Below, piece by piece: positions 17,470-31,079 of a stretch of DNA of 64,000 bases. Under the pieces are notes generated by a model. It ran no database searches. It was given only the letters and a program-made list of their open reading frames with translations, and was not told where the DNA came from. Source of the stretch: Eledone cirrhosa (lineage: Eukaryota). Location of the stretch: contig OZ024758.1 in assembly GCA_964016885.1 (NCBI GenBank), forward strand, positions 19,778,001 to 19,842,000, written 5' to 3'. The position numbers were made by a program, and so were the translations under genes. Every line of letters begins with the position of its first letter. The first letter of the stretch is position 1.

Positions 17470-17850
17470 CCCTATGGTGAGCAAATGGGGCCCCACTTGC
17501 AGGCATCCCCACAGCCCTCGCGGACAGGATGGAGAAGGCATTTCCCCGGAGGATGGTGAGGAAGATGCCCTGGAAGAGCCATTCCAACTCGCGATGCTCA
17601 CACTTGCGGCTGGCCAGCTCAGCACCTATGGCCTTAGGCCTAACGACACCAGAACGGTCAACTGCCAAGGGCACGACCGCGAACCTACCGGAGAGTGACC
17701 GGTACTTGGAGAGTTTGGTCTCGTCAGCCCTGGCGTTTTTCCGTTTGCAGTAGTATATTTTGCCCTTTGTCCATCCAGATTTGATAACCGCCTGTACAAT
17801 AAGTATGCTGTTGTCAATTGAAAAGATGGTCCTGTGAATGTGGACAATAC
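17470..17850 (-). mobile_element. CRE-clade LINE 3' fragment (restriction-like endonuclease)
   Basis: TKLSKYRSLSGRFAVVPLAVDRSG...RELEWLFQGIFLTILRGNAFSIL fits the CRE consensus K..KY..L...F.PLA.ET.G...WLFQR.S.AI.RGNA.SIL. Confidence 0.75.
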
Positions 17851-17904
17851 ACTAGTATTGTATCAGCCTGAGGTGGGGCGACCAGCGCATGGGCCCACTT
17901 TACT

Positions 17905-18095
17905 AATAATTGTTTCTACTTTTGGCACAAGGCCAGCAATTATCCAGTGTATTACTGGTATTTTATTTTATCGACCCCTGTAAGGATGAAAGGCAAAGTT
18001 AACGTCGGCGGGATTTGAACTCAGAATGGCAAGGGGCGTAACTCTATGCGTCAAAACATGGCGTCGGACCCTCTACCGATACCGCCAATCCACCT
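17905..18095 (-). mobile_element. tRNA-derived SINE, family A
   Basis: Near full-length reverse complement of 62521-62708. Confidence 0.9.
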
Positions 18096-18391
18096 AATAA
18101 TGGAGAGAAGTGGAGAGAGTGGGAGAGAAGGGGGCAGTGACTGTGGGAATCTGATTCGTTTGTGTTCGAATCAGGTGTATGTGTATATGTTTCAAGGACA
18201 GATACTCTTACTTTAATTGTGGTTCTCTTTTGATTTCAAAGTTCCCTTAAACAACTCGTTGTCTTGCCTCGATAAGGATAAATATATATCTAATATATAA
18301 GAAACATAGAGCAAATATTTATTAAAATAAAAGATTAAAGTTTAAGCAAATATATATTATATATATATATATATATTATATATATATATAT

Positions 18392-18423
<32 letters not shown>

Positions 18424-18854
18424 ATATTATATATATATATATTATATATATATATATATATTATATATATATATTATATATATTATATTATATATATTAT
18501 ATTATATATATTATATTATATATATATATATTATATATATTATATTATACATATATATATATTATATATATATATATTATATATATTATATTATATATAT
18601 TATATTATATATATTATATTATATTATATATATATTATATTATATATATATTATATTATATATATATTATATTATATATATATTATATTATATATATATT
18701 ATATTATATATATATTATATTATATATATATTATATTATATATATATTATATTATATATATATTATATTAGATATATATATATTATATTATATTATATAT
18801 TATATTATATTATATATATATTATATTATATATATATTATATTATATTATATTA

Positions 18855-19808
18855 TCTATCTATATATATAAAACTGTGGTTGTCTGTCTGTCTATCGATT
18901 TTTGGCACACATCTCCTCTTAGAATCTCTGACGGAATTGCACCGAAATTGCTATACTTGTACATTGAGCCCTAGCGAAGACATCGGAAAAAAAAATATTT
19001 CAAATTGACCCACCCTATGTGACGAAATCGAATATAATGTATCGATTTTTTGAGCGTAAGTTATCAGTTATTTCCCTTTGTTCTGTTTACATTGAGCGTC
19101 TTACGTAAAAAATTACGCTGGCTTTCTCAGCGTTTAAAATGACATTAACACAATACACGAACAGTTGTCGAGCCAGCAAAATATTGACCTGCAAAATTCA
19201 TCAGTTCGAACACTAAGCAACCGTTTTCCTTCATTTCCATTTAAAAGCATTTTAAAACAATATTTTTACTTGAAAACAAGTCTATTTAAAGACTACGTAA
19301 AACAAGCACATATTTCGTCGTTAGGCGTGCAGACAGACAGTCGTACAGACAGACAGTCGTGCAGAGAGGTCATATACGCGTGCAGACAGATAGTCGTGCA
19401 GAGAGGTGATATAGGCGTGCAGACAGATAGTCGTGCAGAGAGGTGATATAGGCGTGCAGACAGACAGTCGTGCAGAGAGGTGATATAGGCGTGCAGACAG
19501 ACATAACTGATAATTTGGTTACGCTAATGTTTTTATCTGCGTTGCAGTGTTTACATTTTCGATCTTTGTTAATAAATAACCAGTGCAGGTTTTATCCCCA
19601 ACATCCTCTTTTGTTATAACATTCGGGTTATCGTTATGTTTTCTTAACTTCATAAGGCATATTGTTGTTTGAGGGAATATTAATCAAAAACACCACATGC
19701 AAGTCTGCACAGTAGACACTACAGTTTTTAAGCCAAAAATGAAACTTAACATTGTAACTTTAACACAGCTACTGAGCGACCCCGAGCAACGCCGGGCTTT
19801 ACTGCTAG
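18855..19808 (+). mobile_element. Non-autonomous Helitron
   Basis: 5' A|TCTATCTATATATATAAAA followed by (GTCT)n; 3' hairpin CCCGAGCAACGCCGGG then CTAG|T at 19805-19809; A-T insertion site, no TSD. Confidence 0.85.
19322..19503 (+). repeat. 37-bp minisatellite inside the Helitron (about 4.5 units)
   Basis: Unit ggcgtgcagacagatagtcgtgcagagaggtgatata. Confidence 0.95.
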
Positions 19809-19985
19809 TATATTATATATATATATATTATATACATTATATTATATATATATATATATATTATATATATATATATATATTATATATATTATATTATATA
19901 TATATATATTATATATTATATATATTATATATATTATATATATTATATATATTATATATATATTATATATATTATATATATTATA

Positions 19986-20028
<43 letters not shown>

Positions 20029-20376
20029 TATATTATATTAATTATATTATATATATTATATATATCATATATTATATATATTATATTTTATATATATTAT
20101 ATATATTTTATATTATATATATATATATTATATATATATTATATATATTATATATATTATATTAATTATATTATATATATTATATTAATTATATTATATA
20201 TATTATATATTATATTAATTATATTATATATATTATATATATTATATTATATTATATTATACTATATATATTATATATATTATATATATTATATTATATT
20301 ATATATATTATATTATATTATATATATTATATTATATTATATATATTATATTACATTATATTATATATATTATATT

Positions 20377-20468
20377 GGTTTTTGCCTTTCATCCTTACGG
20401 GGTCGATAAAATAAAGTACCAGTAATGCACTGGGTAATTGCTGGCCTTGTGCCTAAAGTAGAAACAAT
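20377..20468 (+). mobile_element. SINE family A, 3' half
   Basis: tttgcctttcatccttacggggtcgataaaataaagtaccagtaatg...gtagaaacaatta. Confidence 0.9.
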
Positions 20469-21067
20469 TATATATATTATATTATATATATTATATTATA
20501 TATATTATATTATATTATATTATATATATTATATTATATTATATTATATTATATTATATATATTATATTATATTATATATATTATATTATATATATTATA
20601 TTATATTATATTATGTTATATTATATATATTATATTATATATATTATATTATATATATTATATTATATATATTATATATATTATATATTATATATATTAT
20701 ATTATATTATATTATATATATTATATTATATATATTATATATATTATATTATATATATTATATATATTTTATATTATATATATTATATTATAAATATTAT
20801 ATATATTATATTATATATATTATATTATAAATATTATATATATTATATTATATATATTATATATATTATATATTATATATATTATATATATTATATATAT
20901 TATATTATATAAATTATATTATATATATAATATTATATAAATTATATTATATTATATATATTATATTATATTATATATATTATATTATATATATTATATT
21001 ATATATATTATATTATATATATTATATTATATATATTATATTATATATATATATATATATATTATAT

Positions 21068-21130
21068 ACTCGTTTACTCTTTTACTCTTTTAGCCATCCG
21101 GCTGAGGCTATGCTGGAGCACCGCCCTTGT
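21068..21130 (-). mobile_element. SINE 3' tail fragment
   Basis: Reverse complement reads ggcggtgctccagcatagcc...(aaaagagt)n, a tandem tail; family recognised from memory only. Confidence 0.5.
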
Positions 21131-21210
21131 TGCAACCCATTTCATCTCCAGCTTGTATACGTTGGCCACTGGGTAAGAGGGAGTTTGTTGCTGCTGCCCT
21201 TATATATATA

Positions 21211-21242
<32 letters not shown>

Positions 21243-22484
21243 CACACTTTAACATTTCGTGTACTGACACGTCTTTCGAAAACACTTATTTATAATAGAG
21301 ATATGGAAATCAATTATTTTCTTCATAGTTTTCCTTACGTCTTGCTCAGATTCATTCTCTTGTTCTCATATCCCTTTCTCACCCTCCCTTTTCTCATTGA
21401 AATCCATAGTTAATTCCTCCTTTTCTCTCTTGTTGTTTTTCTGAATGTGAGCTTCTGATCTTTTCTCATCTGCGTCCCTCTACTTATCTTTTCCCCTTTT
21501 TCTCACCTCAACAAATGCCTGTTCGATGTGTATCACCGTGTAGGTACGCGAGACCATTCAACAGTTGTCTCCTCCCAGCCGTTACATCTACTCACCATCC
21601 TCTCTGATGTGATTAGACGCACATATTTCACCATATTCAGTTTGGCTTTACAATCACACTGCCTATTTATAGATATAAACATCAACTGTCTGTTGATATG
21701 TTTGCAAAGACTAATCACCAATGACACAGACACTCACATTTATCCATTAGCATTAAACACGATACACATTAAATTGGAACTGCGTACTCATATTTACCGT
21801 GAGTTTATGAGTTATATGTTATTTTAATGAAGGAGAAAAGAATATTTCAATACGTATTCATACTTACATCTTTATATAAATTCAAATCTTCTAGTCAGCC
21901 GTATTCATCACGTCAGAAGGATAATCCGACGCAAATTTAATCGAGTGCATTATCTATCTATCTACAGTTTTATACCGACCTTTTTTCTACGAGTATATTT
22001 TTCTCGTTGCGAATATCATTGTTTAATAACTGTTTCTATGTTGTTTCAATTATTTATGTACGTTCGCGTATCTATTCTAGGTCGTATTTCGTTTATATTC
22101 CTGTTCGTTGATGTAGCAATATGTTAAACCTCTAGTAGGTTGGAATATGTAACAGAAATAATATTTCATAAAATTTCTATAATTGTTATTACTTGTAACG
22201 CATTTGCTTTGAAATATGTTATAGCGACGTTTCTAGTTAAGTGACCAATTTCATTCTAAACTAGTGTAACTAGAGAAAGAGAGTCAAATATCGAAATATT
22301 ATTTCAGAGTGGTTTTCTTAATTAAGGGTTGACAAGTGAAATCCCTATTATTCTGATACCGAATTCGGAAATGGATAATAAATATTTTCGAACATATGTA
22401 AACACTCGCCGGGGAAGATTTTAATAGAGTTTCGTTTCACACGATACAATACAGTAAATCTATAACCATCTTCTTATAATTCAG

Positions 22485-22692
22485 ATGTACTTACGTGCTT
22501 ACCGAACTGACTTACCCGAAGCTAATGCATTATCAAAACAGCATGCAATACCAGAGACACTGTATCATTATGAGCATATTTCAAGCATTATTTATACACG
22601 CTACAACCAATTATTTCGTAGATACTCTCTAAGAGAGCCATTTGATCCTTCAAACTATCCATTTGCATCTTCCGTGTCAGATATTTACAATC
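22485..22692 (+). CDS. Candidate exon of an unidentified host gene (phase 0 to 1)
   Basis: Acceptor ttcttataattcAG, donor C|GTGAGT, 208 bp open: MYLRAYRTDLPEANALSKQH...FDPSNYPFASSVSDIYN. Confidence 0.65.
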
Positions 22693-23381
22693 GTGAGTAA
22701 AACTCAACTTACTTTTCCTTTGAGGAATATAATTATTTTGTTTCCATGCTCATGATGTCATTAGTTTCATGTTAGAAACATAGATATCGTGCAGTCGTGG
22801 TCCGCTGAACACAGTTGTATGAAACTGATTTTACATGACGGAATAAATATCACAAGTTCTTTAATATTTAAACACTGGAATCAGTATTAGTATAATATTC
22901 AATATCCACACATTCAGTATGTCTTTCTTCTACCTCAAAACAAAGCAATTTTCCAAATTTCACTTATCTTATTAATGATACATGTCTATAAATATTTTGA
23001 AATTAAAATGAATGAGATTATAAATGGGAAATTATTGAGAAATAATTATAATTATTAGTGAAAATAATTGATGTCTACATGTGAAATCTGTATAATATTT
23101 TATTTCTTATGGAATTTATCATAACATGATTCATTACAGAGTCTGTAAAATTTATCTGTATAATTAAATTGCAGTATGTATAAACAGATATAACACAATT
23201 GAACACTAATCTAAATTAGAATATAAAACGGATTTCAGACAAGTGTAAATATATTAACAATAATACTACAATTAAAATCGGTATATGTATCAAATCATAA
23301 GCAAAGAGAATTGATAATACTTTAAGCAAATATATATACACGACAATATACACGCTGCCAAAAAGAGAGAACATACAAACA

Positions 23382-23417
<36 letters not shown>

Positions 23418-23431
23418 CATAAATAGATATG

Positions 23432-23482
<51 letters not shown>

Positions 23483-23667
23483 ACACACACAAGCAAAATT
23501 TATTATAATTATTGACACACTCGCGAAATTTATTATAATTATTGACAAACCAATCAAATTACATCTCGAAAAACCTGGCATTTCGAGTCACTTTTTCCAT
23601 ATAAAAGAAGTAACATTCAGAGACCAACCAGTTGTGAGAAAAACCACAGACCCTCCATCCCAACTCA

Positions 23668-23705
23668 CCTTTTGAAAAGCAGAAGAACTGCGAAACCGGT
23701 AAAGG
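23668..23705 (+). ncRNA. Hammerhead-like motif with variant core UUGAAAA
   Basis: CCUU-UUGAAAA-GCAG(AAGAA)CUGC-GAAA-CCGG-UA-AAGG; all helices pair; palindromic loop 3; AATAAA at 23711. Confidence 0.65.
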
Positions 23706-23768
23706 AACCAAATAAATATATTTTTTTTTTGTTTAAATAAGACTCCAGTTGCATTTTCGATTTCATCT

Positions 23769-23825
<57 letters not shown>

Positions 23826-24092
23826 GGGTATCACATTAAACTGCATCATTTTAGGATATGTGGGCAACGTGGAGTTACACCTTAGTTGTTATCACACCTA
23901 TGTCTGCTCTGGCCCGGGGCAGTAGTACCTGTTAGAGCCATATTTATGGGTTAAATAATTAACGTACTCGAGTGGCGCCCGTAAGGTATTATTAACCATT
24001 GAAAAGAAATCTCGGGAAATATGCATATATATATATATATATACATACATACATAATACACACATCCACACACAGACATATATATATATATA

Positions 24093-24138
<46 letters not shown>

Positions 24139-24144
24139 TAAGTT

Positions 24145-24525
24145 TACGAGATTCGTCTCGCAAGTAAGAGTACTGGTTCGTTAAATAAAAGTATATTAGA
24201 CGTAGGCGTAATTCCAAGGAGTTTCCTTCAAAACATGACCTTTGAGAAGACACACTGCAGCTACCACGTTACATTCCTTGTCTGTTGAAGCATCAGATGT
24301 CATTTTATATGAGTGTCGTTCTTTCGTCTGATTCAAAGGTGTTGTGTCTTTTTCACAATCGCAAAATGATGACACTTGAAATTCGATTTCAAATAATGGA
24401 AATGATATAAATATTAGGGTGGTATAGGTGGACTGTAAAGGGGATGTGGAGGAGTGAGAATGATTATCATTGACAGAACATCTCTAATTGTGAGTAGGCA
24501 CGTTATCGTGGTGCAGTATCCAATC
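24145..24525 (-). mobile_element. Decayed mariner transposase 3' part with TIR
   Basis: Minus-strand WILHHDNVP, PHPLYSP and CFEGN motifs; TA-CGAG end at 24145. Confidence 0.7.
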
Positions 24526-24526
24526 T

Positions 24527-24572
24527 AATGCCTTCTCCATTCTGTCCGCTGGGGCTGTGGGTAGGCCCCGTC
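24527..24572 (+). mobile_element. CRE LINE 3' tip
   Basis: aatgccttctccattctgtccgctggggctgtggg (NAFSILSAGAVG) matches the reverse complement of 17507-17543. Confidence 0.6.
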
Positions 24573-24924
24573 GCGTACCGTTGTAGTTGTGGAAGAAACA
24601 GGAAGACAACTGGAAAGTTTGATTTTCTACTTAATATGTTGTCTTCATCTTTCAGTTCCTTTCCTGTCTCCTAAACTCTAATTAGTTCAGATATATTTTT
24701 AGTTATCTGAAACCAAAATAGAAATACACGTTTCTATATCTAAAGCAACGTACTTTGACTTGCTTGATTCGTGTTAGGAGACATTCTAAGACTCCTTTAT
24801 AGAGAGTGACATTTACTCTCTGTCAAACAGCTAAACATTATGTTTGTTTTATATGTATGCTTATAGGTAGGTAGGTAGGTAGGTAGGTAGGTATGTAATT
24901 ATGTGCGCGCGTGTAGGTATATAA

Positions 24925-25043
24925 AACGGCTTGAGCTCTGCCGTCGGGGGTTATACATGTTCCTATTACCCACTCTACTATCCTAAGCATCGAGTACTCT
25001 GGTGCGTTATGGTCCATCTGGTTCCTTTCCACAATTCCTTCGT
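24925..25043 (+). mobile_element. Copy of the 4639-4822 repeat family
   Basis: Reverse complement of 4640-4760. Confidence 0.85.
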
Positions 25044-26187
25044 TATATATATATATATATACATGTGTGTGTGAGCGTGATTACGTTTGTTTATATAATA
25101 TATTTCTCATTATTTATTCGAACAGATACTCCAAATTTCAATTAATGTAAAATAGACGTATATAGATAGAAGCCATACCTAACAAAGAACAACTAATGAT
25201 GTAAGGAACATAATTATTATTTTAGCTAAGCAGCTCTCATTAGACCATTTTCAGCCATTCCATGAATATTTACCACTCAAATTGAATATTAATACAAAAA
25301 TCAATAATATTTCAGTGAGTACATTTTAATGTTAAAACATTTTAATTTTTTTCATGTTTACACTAAACAAGTATAACATTTGTAATTCTAACATTTAACA
25401 TTAGATTGCAATTAATATTGAAAATGATATTCTGAATCCAATCATAACATTCCAGCCAAAGTAGACTTACAATTATTATGTTTGATGGACGTAGTAGCGG
25501 ACATCCATGTTCTGTGTTAATTTTAGCGTGGTTCCAAATAGGTGAAAGGGTGTCAGATGGAATAAGGTAGTTTCCGTCTATTTCTTAATTTTAATAAAAA
25601 ATCGTTTTGTCTATTTAGCACTCCAGGTTCGTCAAGTCGTATATTTAAAGTAACTCTTATGCTAAATCACACACATCTACAGAGCAATAAATACTAGTAT
25701 GTTTTTTTCATTCATTTAATGTTGCCAAGTGACACAATTTTCCTAATAAAATTTACAGAAATGTATTAATATCCCTCGATGTTTTTGTTTTTAACTAAGG
25801 AGCTTTAGCGGATATTTCAGGAATATCTCAACAGTGTTTTGAATACTGTGGTGAAATTATAAGACTTCTACATTTTCTATAATGTTGTTTTGACATATGT
25901 GGTATGTGTAATTCTAAACCCCCTGTTTATCACTAGTACTATCTTAAAGCATACACATATCAAGAATTACCATTTCCACACCTATCATACATTCGTATGT
26001 ATAATTAGGCAGAATAATTCAGATAAGATTTGCTGTTATCTCGATGACCATCATTAGTATCCCGTTTCCAATGTCTCAATGTACAATCAGTTTTTTTCCT
26101 TCTCTAAGGCATAGGTTAGTGTATATTTGCATCGTTTTCTACGTTACTATTTCTAAATATTAGCGTAATTCGAATGTAGGCATGATC

Positions 26188-26373
26188 TACCGCGGTAGAT
26201 TGGCAGTATCTGTAGAGTGTCGGACGCCATGCTTCGTAGAGTTACGTCCCTTTACGATCTGAGTTCAAATCCCGCCGCGGTTAACTTTGCATTTCGTCCT
26301 TACGGGGTCGATAAAATAAAGTACCAGTAGTACACTAGGATAATTGCTGGCCTTGTGCCAAAAGTAGAAACAG
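26188..26373 (+). mobile_element. tRNA-derived SINE, family A
   Basis: B box GAGTTCAAATCC; colinear with 62521-62708. Confidence 0.9.
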
Positions 26374-27165
26374 TATCATACGTGTATATAATAGTATTTA
26401 GATATCTCATGGAATCTGTTTGAATATATATTTTATCTAATTTCAATATCCAAAGTTTGATAACCAGTAAAATTTAATATGACCATGGTTTTAAACATGA
26501 TATTTGGAATCAGGTTATCTGTCATTGTTTTCACATTTATTATTTGGCTTTCCCTTAGTATCTGTCATATGTATCTGTTACATCTAATCCATATGTAGCT
26601 ATTCCTCGGGCTGTGCCGCCAATTTGTTGTTAACTTCTCTTCCCTATAATAGTCTCGGAAACCAAGAACACCATTAAAAACATTAACTCCCTCTTTACAA
26701 ACAGATAAAAACCTCATGTATGTTTGGTGTGTTTGATGCAGGCTTTCATAACTCTATGTACTCTATTACTTTCTCTATTACTTCATTAATTTGAAGTTAT
26801 ATACGAGATATACGCCTTACCTAATTGTAAAAGACATCTCGTATTGCACTTGAATTTCCCTATAGTCTTCTTAATTTATTAAACGTTGATTTGATCATTT
26901 TATAACAAAAGGTTTTCAGTGCAATAATCGGAGTATAGACACCTATCACATCTGGTATAATTATTTATGTTGTAAGTTGGAATAAGATCGTATATAATAT
27001 TACTTTTCTTTCATCATTCACTGTCTAGTTCATTAAATCCTATGTCTGTGTTAAGTATAATTCACTTATCTCTGTTTCATTAAGTGATCTCTTTTTCCAT
27101 TTGCGTTGGCGAAATATTTCTTAATCACATTTCTACATTATATGAAACAAATTCTTTACTTACAG

Positions 27166-27299
27166 CTAAAGTTTATCTTCGTATCCTATGCCCGTTCTTA
27201 GACAGTGCAGATGGATTTGCATGGTGTTTTAGCGGGTTATTATTAGAATCGGTGATAAGCTATGTGATATATTGCGATTCCTCTACTGGGAACAAATTG
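27166..27299 (+). CDS. Candidate exon of the same host gene (phase 1 to 0)
   Basis: Acceptor ttctttacttacAG, donor TTG|GTAAAG, open: (P)KVYLRILCPFLDSADGFAWCFSGLLLESVISYVIYCDSSTGNKL; phase matches the previous exon. Confidence 0.6.
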
Positions 27300-28424
27300 G
27301 TAAAGTTTTGCTTTTACTCCGTTTCTCGTAGTCGGACCGAAAACGTGCACCTCTCTACATTCCGTTCCATACATTTACCACAACTAGGAGCAGTGAAAAC
27401 CATGTTTTTTCTATTAATAAACTTTTCTATTCTGTTAGTATTCATGTAGCGTTCATTCTATTTATCAAAATCAAACTTTATGAAATAATACACTATAAAA
27501 CATAAGGAAAAGGAAAACTTATAGAAAAACAATTACTTAGGAAAGTAACTATTCTTAAGCCGACTGCCCAGCAACTGTGTGTCTCGATTTGCTCGAATGT
27601 AGGAAGTACAATTCTGAGAAAGTGAGGAAAACGTGAAGATGTTTGTGTTAAAAAAAAAGAACAACTACTATGAATGTACGGGCAGTATATTCTCAAAGAT
27701 CTACAGATTAAAAAAAAACAAAAAAACATATATATCGGCTATTGTAGCCTTGGAAAAGATTCAAACACAGAAAATATTAGCTCCTTCATAATTTTCGTTG
27801 TTATTCTCACCTGTTTCTTTTCCCTTTAATGTGTTCCTTTGCCTCTTCTTCTCCTTCTCCGTTTTATTTCTCTTTCTCTTCGTGTTATTGTTTCCTAATC
27901 TGTCAATTGACTAAATAAATGATTCATTAACGATATGTCATTTTGGAGTCACCTGTACACGTTGTGTCTATTTGATTTTAATTAATATATTTACTGGGTT
28001 TGTGTTGTTTTAAAGCTATTTATTTACATATGGTCATCAAGGAATTCCAGTCAAAGATGTATTATGTGAAATAGACTATAGATGTTTTTTTTCGAAAAGT
28101 AAACACATCTTATGAATGTTGAAAGTGATATGATCAAATAGGACAAGTTTAGAAAAGAAAAATGTATTCACAACGATTTTATCTCATTTGTAATGTATAC
28201 TTTCCAGCTAGATGTGTATCTAAAAGAATAGATAACAGAAGTTATGCTAACAATTCATTATGTATGAATTAGCCAAGCTTGTGTTATGTTCTTCGTTTCT
28301 AGCTTTAAACAAAAGTTCTATAATATGTCTTAATTCCCATCAATTATTAATAATATTGATAACAAAATATAAACAGTTCTATTATTTCAAAAAAGTAAAG
28401 TTCGATAATATATATATATATATA

Positions 28425-28841
28425 ATGAAAAATTGAACAGGGACAGAACAGAGAGGCAGTACGATAAATGTTTATTAAATTCACGCTCAGGAGAGTGGGG
28501 GGTAGGTGGGGGACGACGTTTCGGGCATAAGCCCTTCTTCAGGTGAGAAGTGTGTGGGAACAGAGTTCAAAAGGTGTGTAGGGGAGTGGTGGAGAGACAT
28601 ATAGCGAAAGGAAACGGTGCGAATGAAAAATTAACAAATAAAGACAAAAAATATAATAAATAAAAATAAAGCATAATCAAAATACAAGGAAAGAGGAAAT
28701 TTAAAAATAAAGGCATGATCAAATTAAACTGAAATTAAAAGGGGGGTAAACAGGTGGTGGAAGGGTGTGGGGTAAGTAGCGGTGGTGGCGGGTGGAGTGG
28801 GGAGAGGGAGACGGGGTGTCCGAGCGGGGAGGGCTGAAGGT

Positions 28842-28923
<82 letters not shown>

Positions 28924-29170
28924 TGAGGGTTGGGGGAAGAACGGGGTTGCATGTTCAGGAAGGTGTGTGTGGGGGGTGTTTTTCTGGGTCGGAGTGTCTG
29001 TGCGTGTGTGGATAGAGGGGTGGGGGGAGAGGAATCAGGAGGCTGAGGGTGTAAATATGTGGTGGGAAGCACGTGTGTGTGGTTTAAGTGTGTTGGGGTG
29101 TGGGTGGCGTGTGGCTAAAAAAAATTGTTGTTGGGGTGTGTGTGTGGGTGAGTTATATAGGTGATGGTGT
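28425..29170 (-). mobile_element. Probable Penelope-like 3' UTR remnant with (CA)n
   Basis: C-rich minus strand leading to a hammerhead motif and AATAAA; bounded by (TA)n. Confidence 0.55.
28513..28546 (-). ncRNA. Minimal hammerhead motif with weak stem I
   Basis: AC-CUGAAGA-A-GGGC(UUAU)GCCC-GAAA-CG-UC-GU; stem I is only 2 bp. Confidence 0.65.
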
Positions 29171-29319
29171 AAGAGGATATATATATATATAAAGACAGAT
29201 TCTAAAGTGAATTAAAAGGAAACGGTCTTTATTTTAACCAGTGTACTCACTCAATATTTAAAAGAAAGGATATATCTTTGTTGCCTGAAACTCTACATCA
29301 TGTACCAATAACGTTTCTT

Positions 29320-29950
29320 TATTAGCTAACATGAAAACTATTATCCCAAAATGTCCAGATTCCATCCATAGTCAGGCCTATACCATTTGTGCTATTTTCC
29401 TCGATTTCATCAAATAAATTTCTTTGGTTACCCTCAGAAAATATATGTAGTTTATATTGTTCGATTCTTGCACCATATATCTGTGATTTACCAGCAGGAG
29501 AAACACGTTGTTGTTTCAATTAATCGTGTAATATATTTAACCCTCATGTATTCGCTACTCTTTCGCCAGCTTTCATACGGTCAATTCATTCTGGATATCG
29601 CAAATATTCATTCTATTTGTGTTTTCTCAGATCAGCCTACATCTATTTTCATTTTCCACCTAATTATTTTCCTCCATCGTGTGTGTGTTTTGACGAATCC
29701 GATTCCTAATACAACATTTGCTTTAGTCTGTATAATTCTGCTGTTTGACTCTGCGATATTTACTGTCTCAATTATTTCAATCAATGAATTAACCTTTCCA
29801 GGAATTTATTTTACCAATGTAACTGAAATTTGGGGATGACCAACTTCTCCTATCCTTGTTACATATCTCTTCCTCCAAAGTCATTTCACTAGACACCACT
29901 AAAATACCATTTCCATCCATGCCTAATCCAGCTACGCTAGCTTGTTCGCT
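29320..29950 (-). mobile_element. R4/Dong-like LINE fragment (region upstream of RT), decayed
   Basis: KQQRV...IYGARIEQYKLHIFSEGNQRNLFDEI...FWDNSF resembles LKQR...RY..RI.QY.QN..F..NQ..LF...FW..IW. Confidence 0.55.
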
Positions 29951-30203
29951 TCTTTGTTGCCATTTACCTGTGATTAACTAAACTTCTGTTCCCTAAATTC
30001 TGAATCTCTTAAACTATTATTCTTTTCCAATAGAGCATTACTTCTGATCTATTCAATTTCCATTGTTGTTAACCCCGCATTTATGTACATACATATACAC
30101 CATACACACCACATTTACACATGAACATACACGAATACACACAAGTTTAAACATGCATACACATTATATATATAAAGATATAAATTAGTTTTTTTCTATT
30201 GTA

Positions 30204-30372
30204 GGGGGTTGGAAGTATCGGTAAAGCCTCAGACAACATCCTTTGCAGCATAGCTATGGCCTTCGGAGTTCAAATCCTGCCGAGGTTAACTTTGCCTTTC
30301 ATTCTTACGTGGTCGATAAAGTACCAGTAATGCACTGAGATAGTTGCTGCTCTTGTGCCAAAATTTAAAACA
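30204..30372 (+). mobile_element. tRNA-derived SINE, family A
   Basis: GAGTTCAAATCC and ttaactttgcctttcatt...gtaccagtaatgcactg. Confidence 0.85.
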
Positions 30373-30701
30373 TTATTGTTATTATTAGACACATATTATA
30401 TCGCCAATACTAACAAAGGGGAACATTGTATATAAATCAGCATACATTCTTAATAACGTGATTGCTTTCTCTATAGTTGTAGTGACCATAAGCATTCCCA
30501 TAATCTCCTGGACCTTCTTGTATATAGTTCCCTCTTTTCGTACACTAGGACTCCACCTGCTTGGGGCGACTGCTTACGCCCGTTTCTTAAGGCTTTCCCT
30601 TCATAACAATGTCTAATTCAAATCTACGAACCACTGTTTTCGTATTCCTCACTCATTTATCTGCACCTCTAACAACATCGTCTATGCGTTTGAAATTCAC
30701 A

Positions 30702-31079
30702 TTAACCCTTTAGCATTTACATCGGCTGTAACCGGCCAGAATTCTATTATCTCTTCCTGTTCAAAGCGGCCGTAACTGGCCATCTATACCGACGTACGTT
30801 AAGTTATTGTCTTAAAATAAGTATCAAAATCTCGTAGATTCAATATTACGCGAGATAATTATATGATGTAAAGCCTTTACCGTGAGAATATGATAGTATG
30901 TAGAGTGTAATGTAAACGTTATGTGAGATATTATGTGAGACAATTATGTGAGGTAAAGATTTTAATATATAGAGTAATGTAAATGTTATGTGACATACGT
31001 GAGGTAATTATGTGAGGTAAAGCCTATAGAGTGAAACTATAATAGTAAATATACAATAATGTAAATGCTAATGTGTTAA
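30702..31079. mobile_element. TTAA-flanked piggyBac-type MITE
   Basis: TTAA-CCCTTTAGCATTTACAT ... ATGTAAATGCTAATGTG-TTAA imperfect TIRs; internal short tandem repeats (tatgtgag). Confidence 0.7.

Larger units (their letters stand above)
18350..21066. repeat. (TA)n/(TATTA)n arrays hosting Helitron and SINE insertions
   Basis: Direct reading. Confidence 0.95.

Noticed and set aside
19322-19503. 37-bp repeats of CRISPR-like length
   Set aside because: Head-to-tail with no unique spacers, no cas genes, and inside a eukaryotic Helitron.
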